A stretch of DNA of 64,000 nt. It comes from Candidatus Thorarchaeota archaeon (GTDB taxonomy: Archaea; Asgardarchaeota; Thorarchaeia; Thorarchaeales; Thorarchaeaceae). Both the position numbers and the translations under genes were made by a program. The stretch's first letter is position 1; the number at the start of each line of letters is the position of its first letter. Shown here one piece after another: positions 51,044 to 60,595 of the stretch. The stretch covers positions 128,001 through 192,000 of the forward strand of contig JAWOEX010000028.1 in assembly GCA_046482545.1 (NCBI GenBank), written 5' to 3'. The notes beneath the pieces are model-generated. The model did not search any database, had not been told where the DNA came from, and worked only from the letters and a program-made list of their open reading frames with translations.

Positions 51044-52480
51044 CTACTCCTCTTCTTCCTCATCTTCTCCTAATCGTTTGCCCGGCTTGAATCGTGCCTT
51101 CTCTCTGTCCACTGAGAGCCGACTCGGGTCAGGTGTAGATAAATCATGCCCAAGTTTTCCTTCTTTGATTCCCTGAGCGTGCTCACTCGGCCACGCTTCA
51201 CCTTCTTCGGGGGCTGCCTCCAGAATATCTTCGTCCACTTCGCCCCGCTCAAAGGTTTCACCTTCTACTTTTGCTTGCTCAATTATGCGTTCGAGTCGTT
51301 CTTCACGCAGATAATAGAGGATAGTGAACATGGAGACAATCGGGAATGCCATCAGCTTTGCAACATCTCTGAATATGAAAGTAGCATAGTTCACAGCAGC
51401 ATTCCAATCGGCAAAAAACCACTGGCCCAGTATGGAGCCAGCATCGCTTGTAACAGCAATTATGCTATCCACGAAGAAGAAACCACTTGCAAGAAAGAAT
51501 GTAAACAGCGGGCCAAAATCACGTAGGCGGGAACGAGATTCCTCAACAGTCTCTGTGACGGTTCGACCAATGCCGCTCATAGCATAAATCAAGAAGAAGA
51601 ACGCCATGCCAATATCCACTACTGACATTGTTGGTGCTCCAGTTCTTCGCAAAATGTTGAAAAGAAAGTATCCGCCATAGACGGCAACGAATAGAGTCAG
51701 GAGAGATATATTCAATGCCGCTCCTCTTCCACCATATTTTAGAAATGCAGCAAGGACTGCGAGTCCAAAGAGTCCAAAGAATCCATAGGCAATCAGTATG
51801 AAATTGTACTGGATCTGTATGTTTTCCATGGCCATCGGAAACAATGTCTCGATGAAAGTACCAAGTCCCATGAAATCATTGGGAATCAGATAAAGGGCTG
51901 CTAATGCTTCAACCGCGATGAGACCCAAACCAATAAGCATGATGAGGAAGCTCCCAATCCCCATTACCAGGCTACCCTTCTTTGGTTCACTTATGGTGGC
52001 CAATCTCAAGCTAGTACGGGCTGAAAGATATGCCTGAAAAGCAATCCACCCTACCCAGCAGAAAACAGCAAAGAACAGAAGTGCTAGGGGTCCCAAGAAC
52101 AAGGAAAGGAAAACTGAAATGAAGAACGACACTGAAATCCAAGCTACACCTTTCAATTCTGTAGCTCGTCCTCTTGCCCTTCGAGTTATCCATAGACTAT
52201 CCAAACCTAATCCCGTGAACAAAGAACCAAGCATGAAGTAGATAGTACCAGTAGCACCTAGATAGACAAATACGTTCACCAAGATAGCTTCAATTGCTGT
52301 TCCTACGAAATATGTGAGTAAGAACGATACAAAGAAAGACAGGAAAATGCTGGTTACGAAAACAATCAAGTACGCTACGTATCTCCGTGTTTTGAAGAAT
52401 GTTTTCAGGCCTGTTATGATGCCAGAGAGAATAGGAATCTGAATTAGGAACTCCTCCGTTTTGTTTTCATGAATACCCAT
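51044..52480 (-). CDS. Polytopic membrane protein with acidic cytoplasmic tail
   Basis: About 10 TM segments; charged low-complexity C-terminus. Confidence 0.8.
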   Translation of the reverse strand: MGIHENKTEEFLIQIPILSGIITGLKTFFKTRRYVAYLIVFVTSIFLSFFVSFLLTYFVGTAIEAILVNVFVYLGATGTIYFMLGSLFTGLGLDSLWITRRARGRATELKGVAWISVSFFISVFLSLFLGPLALLFFAVFCWVGWIAFQAYLSARTSLRLATISEPKKGSLVMGIGSFLIMLIGLGLIAVEALAALYLIPNDFMGLGTFIETLFPMAMENIQIQYNFILIAYGFFGLFGLAVLAAFLKYGGRGAALNISLLTLFVAVYGGYFLFNILRRTGAPTMSVVDIGMAFFFLIYAMSGIGRTVTETVEESRSRLRDFGPLFTFFLASGFFFVDSIIAVTSDAGSILGQWFFADWNAAVNYATFIFRDVAKLMAFPIVSMFTILYYLREERLERIIEQAKVEGETFERGEVDEDILEAAPEEGEAWPSEHAQGIKEGKLGHDLSTPDPSRLSVDREKARFKPGKRLGEDEEEEE

Positions 52481-52614
52481 CAGGATTTAAGCTTTCCATT
52501 GATGGACCCTCCAGAGTAGGCTTTGACGCTATTTGCTACACATAAACCAGAAGGATTTAATATATCCCATTATAGCATTAAAAGGTTGAAAGCCCCACCT
52601 GAAGAAGATATAGC

Positions 52615-54048
52615 ATGGAGGGAATGGTACTGGGCAGCAAAATCCTGTACGTAGGCCAGAACGAATCTCTCCGTTCAACGGTAGAGAATAGACTCGGAAA
52701 GCCACCATTCAACTTTGAAATCATTCAAACACCCTCGATAGAAAGTCTAGATTCCCTTTTGGACAATGATGAGTATGTTGGCGTGATTACTGATAGCCCC
52801 GTATCTAATTGCCGCCTTGTGCAGGATATTTGCGATATGTGTCAAGGGCGTGAAATATGTGCCGTTGTAATCTTGATCGCAAATGACAATGAGAAAAGAA
52901 ATCAGCAAATCCCTGTTACCGAACCGAACAGCCTATTCATCATTACAAATCAAAGCAAGTTGTGTGATGCGGCGTCCAAAGCAACAGACATAATCATCAG
53001 TTACATCATGCCAGAAAAAGGCCTACCTCTACATACGGGATTGCCAAGGAATTATTTCAGAATTGTTTTCGAAAATGCGCGGGTCGGCATTACTTTGGTT
53101 GGTCTTGATGACAGGATTATTGAAGTCAATCCTGAATTCCAGCAAATGGTTGGCTATTCCGAAGAAGAGCTAAAAGACATGACCATCACTGATATCATCC
53201 ATCCTGACGATATCAGTAAAGATTACAATCTTCTAGAACGCATGCTTTCTGAAAACGAAGACAGATATCAGATGGAAAGACGATATATTGCGAAAGATGG
53301 AGAGATAGTGTGGGCTAATCTAACCGTAACAGTGGTAAGGGATGACAATGGAAATCCCTTGTGGACACTTGGAATTGTACAAGATATAACCAAACAGAAA
53401 AAGGCACAACAGGAACTAAGAAAGCAAAAAGAGGAGCTTAGCGATTTCGCCCACGAAATGAGCCATGATTTGTCAAATGGATTGCACCAAGTCAGTGGAT
53501 ATCTGGATCTGTACCATGAGAATCATGATAAGGAGATGTACGAGAGAGCACAACGCATTTTGTTAAACATGGGAAGCCTGCTGAAATATAGTGTAGAACT
53601 CGCGGACGCCGGACAGATTGTTCAGAAGGAATCAGATGTTGATTTGAACGAGGTGGTAATGGACGTAGCCACCACAATTATACCAAGATGCATCGAGTAC
53701 ACACAGGACGAACTTCCATCGGTTCCTGCAGATAGAACGAAATTGCTGCAAGTGTTTCGAAATATCTTCGACAATGCGCTAGAGCATGGTAAACCAGACA
53801 ACATTGAAGTCAAAAAGAGAATGACGGAAGATGGAATGCATCTGCAGATAGTGAATGACGGTGAGTCCATACCCTCGGAACATGCTTCCAATCTGTTCAA
53901 GCGAGGTTTCACTACCAGACCCTCAAGTACTGGATTCGGCCTTACCATAACCAAGAAGATTGTTAAAGCACACGGCTGGGAAATCTCCCTAGCATCTACT
54001 AATCCGCCCATATTCGATATTTTTATACCGCGGAATTTTCTTGATTAG
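52615..54048 (+). CDS. Cytoplasmic PAS-domain histidine kinase with degenerate N-terminal receiver-like domain
   Basis: PAS (VNPEFQQMVGYSEEEL...IIHPDD...KDG...QDIT), SHDL H-box, NIFDNALEHG, GFTT...TGFGL. Confidence 0.92.
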   Translation: MEGMVLGSKILYVGQNESLRSTVENRLGKPPFNFEIIQTPSIESLDSLLDNDEYVGVITDSPVSNCRLVQDICDMCQGREICAVVILIANDNEKRNQQIPVTEPNSLFIITNQSKLCDAASKATDIIISYIMPEKGLPLHTGLPRNYFRIVFENARVGITLVGLDDRIIEVNPEFQQMVGYSEEELKDMTITDIIHPDDISKDYNLLERMLSENEDRYQMERRYIAKDGEIVWANLTVTVVRDDNGNPLWTLGIVQDITKQKKAQQELRKQKEELSDFAHEMSHDLSNGLHQVSGYLDLYHENHDKEMYERAQRILLNMGSLLKYSVELADAGQIVQKESDVDLNEVVMDVATTIIPRCIEYTQDELPSVPADRTKLLQVFRNIFDNALEHGKPDNIEVKKRMTEDGMHLQIVNDGESIPSEHASNLFKRGFTTRPSSTGFGLTITKKIVKAHGWEISLASTNPPIFDIFIPRNFLD

Positions 54049-54159
54049 CGGTATTAAGAATCGGTGTGGAGATAGAGAGACTTACTAGATTTCAGCATAT
54101 TTAATTGAAGCCAAGAACATACACCATTCAGCTCGAAAGAGGAACACGAATTTCGGAGC

Positions 54160-54558
54160 TTGATTATCTTGAAGGTTGTTGTAATTGGTGAAACGAATAG
54201 AGATCTCGTTGAAATCAGCGATTTGTTGAAGAAGCAAGAAACAGATGGTGAAAGCGAAGATTCCGCAACTCAGTGGGCAGGAGAGATATCCAAGGCCCGC
54301 ATCTTGAATGAGGATAATCCTGACTTCGAGGAAAAGCTAACCGATGCAAATCCCAATGTCACAATCATAGTGTTAGACTCCGAGAAGGAATACGTCATGA
54401 AATCGAAACAATTAGTCAAAAACATCAGGAATAAGATTCCCGGGGTTATCGTAGTTGGTCTTGTGAATGAGGTGGAAGGAGACGACTCGCTTGCAATTGA
54501 TAGGATTGAATCGCTTCTTGGCGTAACATGTTATGAATTCCCAAGCCCGGAAGATTGA
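54160..54558 (+). CDS. Degenerate small-GTPase-like protein lacking the P-loop
   Basis: LKVVVIG start, IIVLDS, VVGLVNE at the G4 position, IESLLGVTCYEF; no GxxxxGKT or DxxG. Confidence 0.55.
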   Translation: MIILKVVVIGETNRDLVEISDLLKKQETDGESEDSATQWAGEISKARILNEDNPDFEEKLTDANPNVTIIVLDSEKEYVMKSKQLVKNIRNKIPGVIVVGLVNEVEGDDSLAIDRIESLLGVTCYEFPSPED

Positions 54559-54624
54559 AGAGGTATCATCGAATTCTGTTTATTAGTCACAGTTCCCGTA
54601 ATCAGCGAGAACTCGTGATTCACA

Positions 54625-55686
54625 ATGGCATCACCGACACTTGTCGCGCTACTCTTCAGCTCTGCGGCCATTAGCCTGATTGCAATGGTTGTTATCTTTC
54701 GGTCTTGGTGGAAGAACCGATTGCTCACCTCTTTTCTGTATGTGCTGGCCATTGCTTGTTTTGCGGGTATGGCTCTTGACATGTACTTGGATCAGGTCTT
54801 CATGCCATTTCGGAACTGGAGTCTTAACATCGGTGGCGAAACAATTTGGGTGTCCAACCTCCTCCTCGCCCTTCTTCTTGTAGGGGGATTCATCTTCTGG
54901 TACTTTGCGGTGCTCTATTCACAGTACGAGTCTCTTCCGCCACGCTCAAATGCTATTGCATTCCTTGCTGGCGCAGCTTTGCTAGCTGAACTTGAAGCTC
55001 AGAGTTGGTCCGCCCTTTTCCCGCTCATAATCGAAGCGATTGCGTTCGGAACGTTCATAGTCGAGATTATTCGATATGGTAGACGAGTGAGTCTGGCAAG
55101 CCATCATGATAACAAGAGACAGATACATCTTCATTTCTCAGGTTTTCTCGTGTGGCTTATGGCCGGTCCGTTGGGAGTTATTCTCGGAAATACTCCGGGT
55201 GTGCCGAGGTGGATTGGAGATTTGTGGCCGATACCCTACGGAGTTGGCTTACTTATGGTAGCCTACTCGGTCGCTGTGAATCCGCGACTATTAATACTCA
55301 GCGAAGCCAAACCGCTGGATTTACTCATACTTGACAAGAATGGAAATCTAGTAGTCGCGCAGAGATTCGAGCAATATCCACAGAGCGTGGATTCTGAGCT
55401 GATGGGTTCAGCGTTGTCGGGCGTCCTCAGTCTGATGCAGGACATGCTTGCTTCCAAGAAGGATTTGGAACGGATTGACCATGGAGATGTGAAAATCATT
55501 CTGGAGCATGGCATTCTGACTACATTCATTTTAGTGGCTACGCTTGAAACACCCGGCCTTCGACAATCTCTCCGCAACCTCCTCATGGAGTTCGAAACAA
55601 ACTACCGTGATGAGCTGTTGGAAGATACCGGCCTAGTTAGTTCATATGATGAGTTCAAGGATAGAACCAAGCGAGTATTGCTCTGA
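54625..55686 (+). CDS. Seven-TM membrane protein with C-terminal longin-like domain
   Basis: Seven hydrophobic segments, then LLILDKNGNLVV...DSELMGSALSGV...IDHGDVKIILEHG...LRQSL...FETNY. Confidence 0.7.
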   Translation: MASPTLVALLFSSAAISLIAMVVIFRSWWKNRLLTSFLYVLAIACFAGMALDMYLDQVFMPFRNWSLNIGGETIWVSNLLLALLLVGGFIFWYFAVLYSQYESLPPRSNAIAFLAGAALLAELEAQSWSALFPLIIEAIAFGTFIVEIIRYGRRVSLASHHDNKRQIHLHFSGFLVWLMAGPLGVILGNTPGVPRWIGDLWPIPYGVGLLMVAYSVAVNPRLLILSEAKPLDLLILDKNGNLVVAQRFEQYPQSVDSELMGSALSGVLSLMQDMLASKKDLERIDHGDVKIILEHGILTTFILVATLETPGLRQSLRNLLMEFETNYRDELLEDTGLVSSYDEFKDRTKRVLL

Positions 55687-55721
55687 AGAAATCTACAAAT
55701 GAGCATGGTCAGAATAATAAG

Positions 55722-56786
55722 ATGCCTAGACATGTCGCTTGTAGAGGTGTTGAAATGAGAAACTCGGCCACTAATGTTCTTTTCATTTGGGATGTTCGCG
55801 AAGAACTTCGGGATTACATCACCGAAGGCCTTGCAGATATGAAAGGTATCAATCTCATCTTCCCCGGCAGCTCGAACGAGGAGGATTATATGGAATACGC
55901 TCCTGATGTGGATATCATCGTAGGATGGAGGCCAAGCGAAAATCTACTTGAGCGTGCCCAGAAACTCCGCCTTTACATCAATCCGGGGTCTGGCGTACAG
56001 CACCTGCTAGATAAGTTCCGTTCCCTCGACCCGTCTCGAGACATCACATTGATCAACGGTCACGGAAATTCCTATTTCACCGCTCAGCATGCAGTGGCTC
56101 TTTTGTTAGCACTGACAAACAAGGTTATCCCCCATCACAATTGGATGGCACAGGGCAAGTGGCGAATGGGCGATGAAGAAGCTCGGTCAACACCTCTACG
56201 CGAAAGACATGTCGGATTGTTGGGTTACGGAGCAGTAAACAGTAAGGTACATCGATTCCTCAGCGGTTTCAGGCTAAGCTTCTCTGTCCTCAAGACAAGC
56301 TGGGAAGAAGAAACCGATTTGCCGACGCCAGTTACGAGATATACGCCTTCTAATCTTCATGATTTTCTCGAAGTGACCGATATCCTCATCATAGCATTCC
56401 CTCTTACAGATAAGACTGAGGGGCTTATTGGAGATGATGAACTCGAACTTCTTGGAAACCAAGGGGTCTTGGTAAATATGTCGCGGGGGGATGTTGTTGA
56501 CGAAGGGGCACTATATCGAGCCCTAGACAATGGGATCGTACGAGGTGCTGCAATAGATGTCTGGTATGATTACAAACCAGAACCTGATGAAGAGGGGCGT
56601 AAGTTCCCCTATGACGAAGAGCTACACCATTTCCATAAGCTAGAGAATATCGTGCTTTCACCGCATCGGGGCGCATCGCCCATGAACGACCTGAAAAGGT
56701 GGAACGAAGTGATAGAAAACATTCGAAGATTCTCAGTAGACCGAGATGATTATCTCAATATTGTGGATATAAAGCGTGGATACTAA
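55722..56786 (+). CDS. D-isomer-specific 2-hydroxyacid dehydrogenase family
   Basis: GLLGYGAV, PLTDKTEGLIG, VNMSRGDVVDE, IDVW, SPHRG. Confidence 0.9.
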   Translation: MPRHVACRGVEMRNSATNVLFIWDVREELRDYITEGLADMKGINLIFPGSSNEEDYMEYAPDVDIIVGWRPSENLLERAQKLRLYINPGSGVQHLLDKFRSLDPSRDITLINGHGNSYFTAQHAVALLLALTNKVIPHHNWMAQGKWRMGDEEARSTPLRERHVGLLGYGAVNSKVHRFLSGFRLSFSVLKTSWEEETDLPTPVTRYTPSNLHDFLEVTDILIIAFPLTDKTEGLIGDDELELLGNQGVLVNMSRGDVVDEGALYRALDNGIVRGAAIDVWYDYKPEPDEEGRKFPYDEELHHFHKLENIVLSPHRGASPMNDLKRWNEVIENIRRFSVDRDDYLNIVDIKRGY

Positions 56787-56837
56787 CACAGCTGAGATTT
56801 ATTAGGCATGATGTTCTTACAGTGTATGTCAGAAGAC

Positions 56838-56964
56838 ACGCCAGAAACCTACCTTATCAGAGAACAAAGAGTCTCCCTGATGAGATACTCATTCGTCAGG
56901 GAATACCGGCATTGTGAGTCCGGAGTCGCTGAGTGTCTCTTTCCACTGAGGGTAGAATTGGTGT
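56838..56964 (+). promoter_or_regulatory. Putative structured 5' leader RNA upstream of the surface-protein genes
   Basis: Four nested helices closing a junction with two hairpins; ends about 27 nt before a GGAGGAGG RBS. Confidence 0.45.
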
Positions 56965-57004
56965 TTCAAGACAACAATCAAAAGAAAATTGGAGGAGGAG
57001 ATGT

Positions 57005-60000
57005 ATGAGATCCCGCGTATTCGCTATGTCAATCGTAATAGTACTCATGATACAACCATTCATTATTATCGGCACCATTATGCAACCAGAGTCACGGCCT
57101 GTTATTCAAGAAAAATCAACTAGCTCGCAGGAACCCGGAACTCGCCTTGAGCCAGACGAACACACGGCCCATGTGCCCATCCTCATTGATGAGGAGAGCG
57201 ATTTCGAAGCACAGGGATGGCCGGGGTCAGGAACCGAGAGCAGTCCGTATGTTATATCAGATTTAAACATTACATACAATGTTGATCAAGTTCTAATTAG
57301 AGTATACAATACCGACTCGTATTTTGTTATCAAGGATTGTTATCTTGGGCAATTGTCGGCTCGCAGGGCTATACACCTCGAGAATGTAACAAATGCAGAC
57401 ATAGAATTCGTAACTGTATCTTCAGCGGGAGATGGTATCAATGCAGTCAATGCGAACGCTTCAACTATTTCTCACGTTGATGCCCATGCAGAATCTTCTT
57501 TCAGCATGGAAATTACTCAGTCCGCGAATATTGAAATAGAATCAAACACCCTTTCAGGATACGGTCTATACCTCAGAGATAGCAGCGGTATTCATGCACA
57601 CGACAACGAGATTATCGACACGACTGGTTTGGGGGCACTTGTACTCAGATCAAATGGGACAATATTCCAGTCAAACGCAATAAAAGACACAACCGGTTAT
57701 GGGCTCCAGCTAGATAATAGCAGCCTGTGTGACATTGACGCAAATCATATCGAGAATACGGGATTTGATGGAATTTACTATAGACTCTCAGAGAATGTGA
57801 CAATAGTAGACAATGAAATTATCGAATCTGGATCTTCTGGAATTAATTTTGTGAGCTATGAATGGACAAGTATAATTGGAAACATCATTAATAACAGCAA
57901 TGCCTTTCCTATTGAGACTTGGGACCCCACTAATGGAATTATCTCAGAAAATGAATTGCTAAACAGCCCAACCCACTCAGGTATTGCTTTTCATTCATCC
58001 GCAGAGAACTTCACCATCACCGAAAACTACATCGAAAACTTTTGGAATGGCGTGTATTTCGTGAGTGGTTCTGAAATCGAAGTTTCTAGGAATACCATCA
58101 TTGATGTTGACAATTACTTTATCTACCACCAATCTATACCAAATGGAAGCGTAGTCAACAATACTTGTGTTAATTCGGCTAGGTCAGGAATCTATGCTTT
58201 TAATTCTCCAGGAACAAATATTTCTGGAAACGTGATAAATAATACTGGAAATCGGGCCATTTACACAAATTCTGCTAATCTTACCATAAGCAGCAATACC
58301 ATGTATGATAACGCTGTCGGAATACAAACGCTCTTCGACGCAGACAATATTGAGACCCATGATAATCAAATCGAACTGGCTGATGTGGGAATAAGAGTAT
58401 CAGGAGATGATGCGACGGTTGATTCCAATGATATCTACAACTGTCAAATTGGAATAGAGATTGCAGGTAGCGCTAATGAAGCCGAAATAAGCAACAATCA
58501 AATCATTGATGTTGAGGATAAAGGAATCTACGTAACAAATGCGAATACATCACTTGTTGCAAATACCATAGCAAATGCCTATACAGGTGTCTTCGTTGAG
58601 GATGCATCTAGCCCCACCCTTGAGAATAACACTATTCACAGTTCAACAATCGGGATTCACATCGTCACATCCTCTGGAGGTTTATTCGAAAACAACAATA
58701 TGACAGACTGTGGGTTATATTTCCCCAGTGGGCAATCAATAGCCAATCTAAATCATACCTTCATTGGGAATCATGTAAATGCAAAGCCACTGTTCTATGC
58801 TCTATCTGAATCAGGGCTTACTCTGGACGGAAATGAATACGGTCAAATAATCTTGGTGAACTGCTCAGATTCCTCCGTAAATGGGGGAGAGTTCACACGG
58901 TCAACGTCATCTTTTCAGGTATATCATTCAGAAAGGGTTGAGATTTCAAGTATCCATGTTGTGGATCAATGGCATGCTATGTCTATCTACGAATCAGTAA
59001 ACCTAACGATTGCAGACTCTGTGTTCGAAGGCACATCGGACAATGATGCCATCACGGCAAACTATGCAGATGGGTTTACGGCAGATAATGTCACCCTTAC
59101 TGATATCAACGGAATCGGGATATACGTCCAGAACGCAAATCCGTCTGTCGTCAAAAATAGTCATTTTGAGAATATTGCTGATTCAGCAGTGAGCTTCTAT
59201 GCTGTCGACGATGGAGTGATACAAGGCAATGAGCTCATTAACGCAACAAGAGGTTTGCATCTTCAATACACCATCAACACACTGATTGACGACAATCATC
59301 TCATGTGGAATACATATGGTATCCATTCAAGCTTGGAGTCTGATAATAATAATGCAACCTTCAACAATATCCATGACAATCAGTACGGAATAAGAATGGA
59401 TGATTGTTGGTCTTGGTTCATATACAATAACAGCATACGCTGGAATTCTGAAGGACTATACATTACGAATACCAATAACGACCAATGGATATACAACAAT
59501 ACATTTGCACTAAACACGGTCCATAACGGCTATGACACTGGCGATGACGATTGGGATGATCGCGTTGATGGAGGAAATTATTGGAGCGATTATTCCGGTT
59601 CTGGCGTTTACAATATTCCCGGTGGCATATCGATGGATCGCTGGCCCTACAAATACATCGTAACTGAGCCAGAGATCAACAATCCAAAGGATGTTTGGTA
59701 TGCTGAAGGGTCTGAAGGGAATGAGATAGTCTGGTTCCCAATTGATGATAATCTCAGAGATTGGACTTTTGAGATAGGTGATTACGTACGGGATTCAGGA
59801 CCTTGGAATTTCGATAATATAACTGTCAATATTGATGGTCTGAACTACGGAGTACACCAAGCCAAAATCACGGTAAGAGATCTCGATGGTAACAATGTCA
59901 CAGATACAGTCATGATTCACGTCTATGATGATACCCCCCCTCAAATCAACCACCTCCCCAATCGGATTGCATTTGTTGATGGAACAGATCAAACGCTCTC

Positions 60001-60595
60001 ATATGAGGTATCTGATCTCAATCCTGCCACCTATCATGTATATGTGGATGATAGTGAGTTCGAAGAAGGTAGCTGGACATCAGGAACTCTTGAAGTGGAT
60101 ATTGATGGCTTCGAAGCTGGGATTCATGAATTCCGTATCGTGATTAAAGATGACGATGGAAACGAAGCTACTGATACTGTGGAGGTAAGATTCATTGATG
60201 ACGATCAGGGGCCAACTATCGATAGCCCACCGGACATTATGTACGTTCAGGATACAACCGGGAACTCTATCGTTTGGTCGCCTTCTGATGAGTATCCAGA
60301 TCATTACATCATTACCAGCAACGATTCAGTCCTAGTGGAGGGTTCTTGGGGAGGCTCCCGAATAGCACTCAATGTGGATGGTCTTGATGTTGGTACTCAT
60401 GAGTTCACCTTAACGGTCTTCGATGGAAGTGGTTTGACTGCTTCAGATTCTGTGAATGTGACAGTTCTACCCACGCAGCCAACATCACCACAACAACCGG
60501 TTGACCTTCTAACGATTTTAATCATTGGAGCTGCAATAGGAGGGGCAGTTCTTGTGATTGCGGGTGTTCTTTACTATAGGAGGGAAAAGCAATGA
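57005..60595 (+). CDS. Large surface glycoprotein: right-handed beta-helix (NosD/PbH1) repeats, Ig-like repeats, C-terminal TM
   Basis: Signal peptide, GWPGSGT...PYVI, many N-x-I...GI repeats, GNYWSDY, C-terminal TM followed by RREK; RBS at 56991-56998. Confidence 0.9.
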   Translation: MRSRVFAMSIVIVLMIQPFIIIGTIMQPESRPVIQEKSTSSQEPGTRLEPDEHTAHVPILIDEESDFEAQGWPGSGTESSPYVISDLNITYNVDQVLIRVYNTDSYFVIKDCYLGQLSARRAIHLENVTNADIEFVTVSSAGDGINAVNANASTISHVDAHAESSFSMEITQSANIEIESNTLSGYGLYLRDSSGIHAHDNEIIDTTGLGALVLRSNGTIFQSNAIKDTTGYGLQLDNSSLCDIDANHIENTGFDGIYYRLSENVTIVDNEIIESGSSGINFVSYEWTSIIGNIINNSNAFPIETWDPTNGIISENELLNSPTHSGIAFHSSAENFTITENYIENFWNGVYFVSGSEIEVSRNTIIDVDNYFIYHQSIPNGSVVNNTCVNSARSGIYAFNSPGTNISGNVINNTGNRAIYTNSANLTISSNTMYDNAVGIQTLFDADNIETHDNQIELADVGIRVSGDDATVDSNDIYNCQIGIEIAGSANEAEISNNQIIDVEDKGIYVTNANTSLVANTIANAYTGVFVEDASSPTLENNTIHSSTIGIHIVTSSGGLFENNNMTDCGLYFPSGQSIANLNHTFIGNHVNAKPLFYALSESGLTLDGNEYGQIILVNCSDSSVNGGEFTRSTSSFQVYHSERVEISSIHVVDQWHAMSIYESVNLTIADSVFEGTSDNDAITANYADGFTADNVTLTDINGIGIYVQNANPSVVKNSHFENIADSAVSFYAVDDGVIQGNELINATRGLHLQYTINTLIDDNHLMWNTYGIHSSLESDNNNATFNNIHDNQYGIRMDDCWSWFIYNNSIRWNSEGLYITNTNNDQWIYNNTFALNTVHNGYDTGDDDWDDRVDGGNYWSDYSGSGVYNIPGGISMDRWPYKYIVTEPEINNPKDVWYAEGSEGNEIVWFPIDDNLRDWTFEIGDYVRDSGPWNFDNITVNIDGLNYGVHQAKITVRDLDGNNVTDTVMIHVYDDTPPQINHLPNRIAFVDGTDQTLSYEVSDLNPATYHVYVDDSEFEEGSWTSGTLEVDIDGFEAGIHEFRIVIKDDDGNEATDTVEVRFIDDDQGPTIDSPPDIMYVQDTTGNSIVWSPSDEYPDHYIITSNDSVLVEGSWGGSRIALNVDGLDVGTHEFTLTVFDGSGLTASDSVNVTVLPTQPTSPQQPVDLLTILIIGAAIGGAVLVIAGVLYYRREKQ

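Noticed and set aside
56876-56895. Hammerhead ribozyme core (CTGATGAG)
   Set aside because: No GAAA after stem II; the sequence is paired within a hairpin
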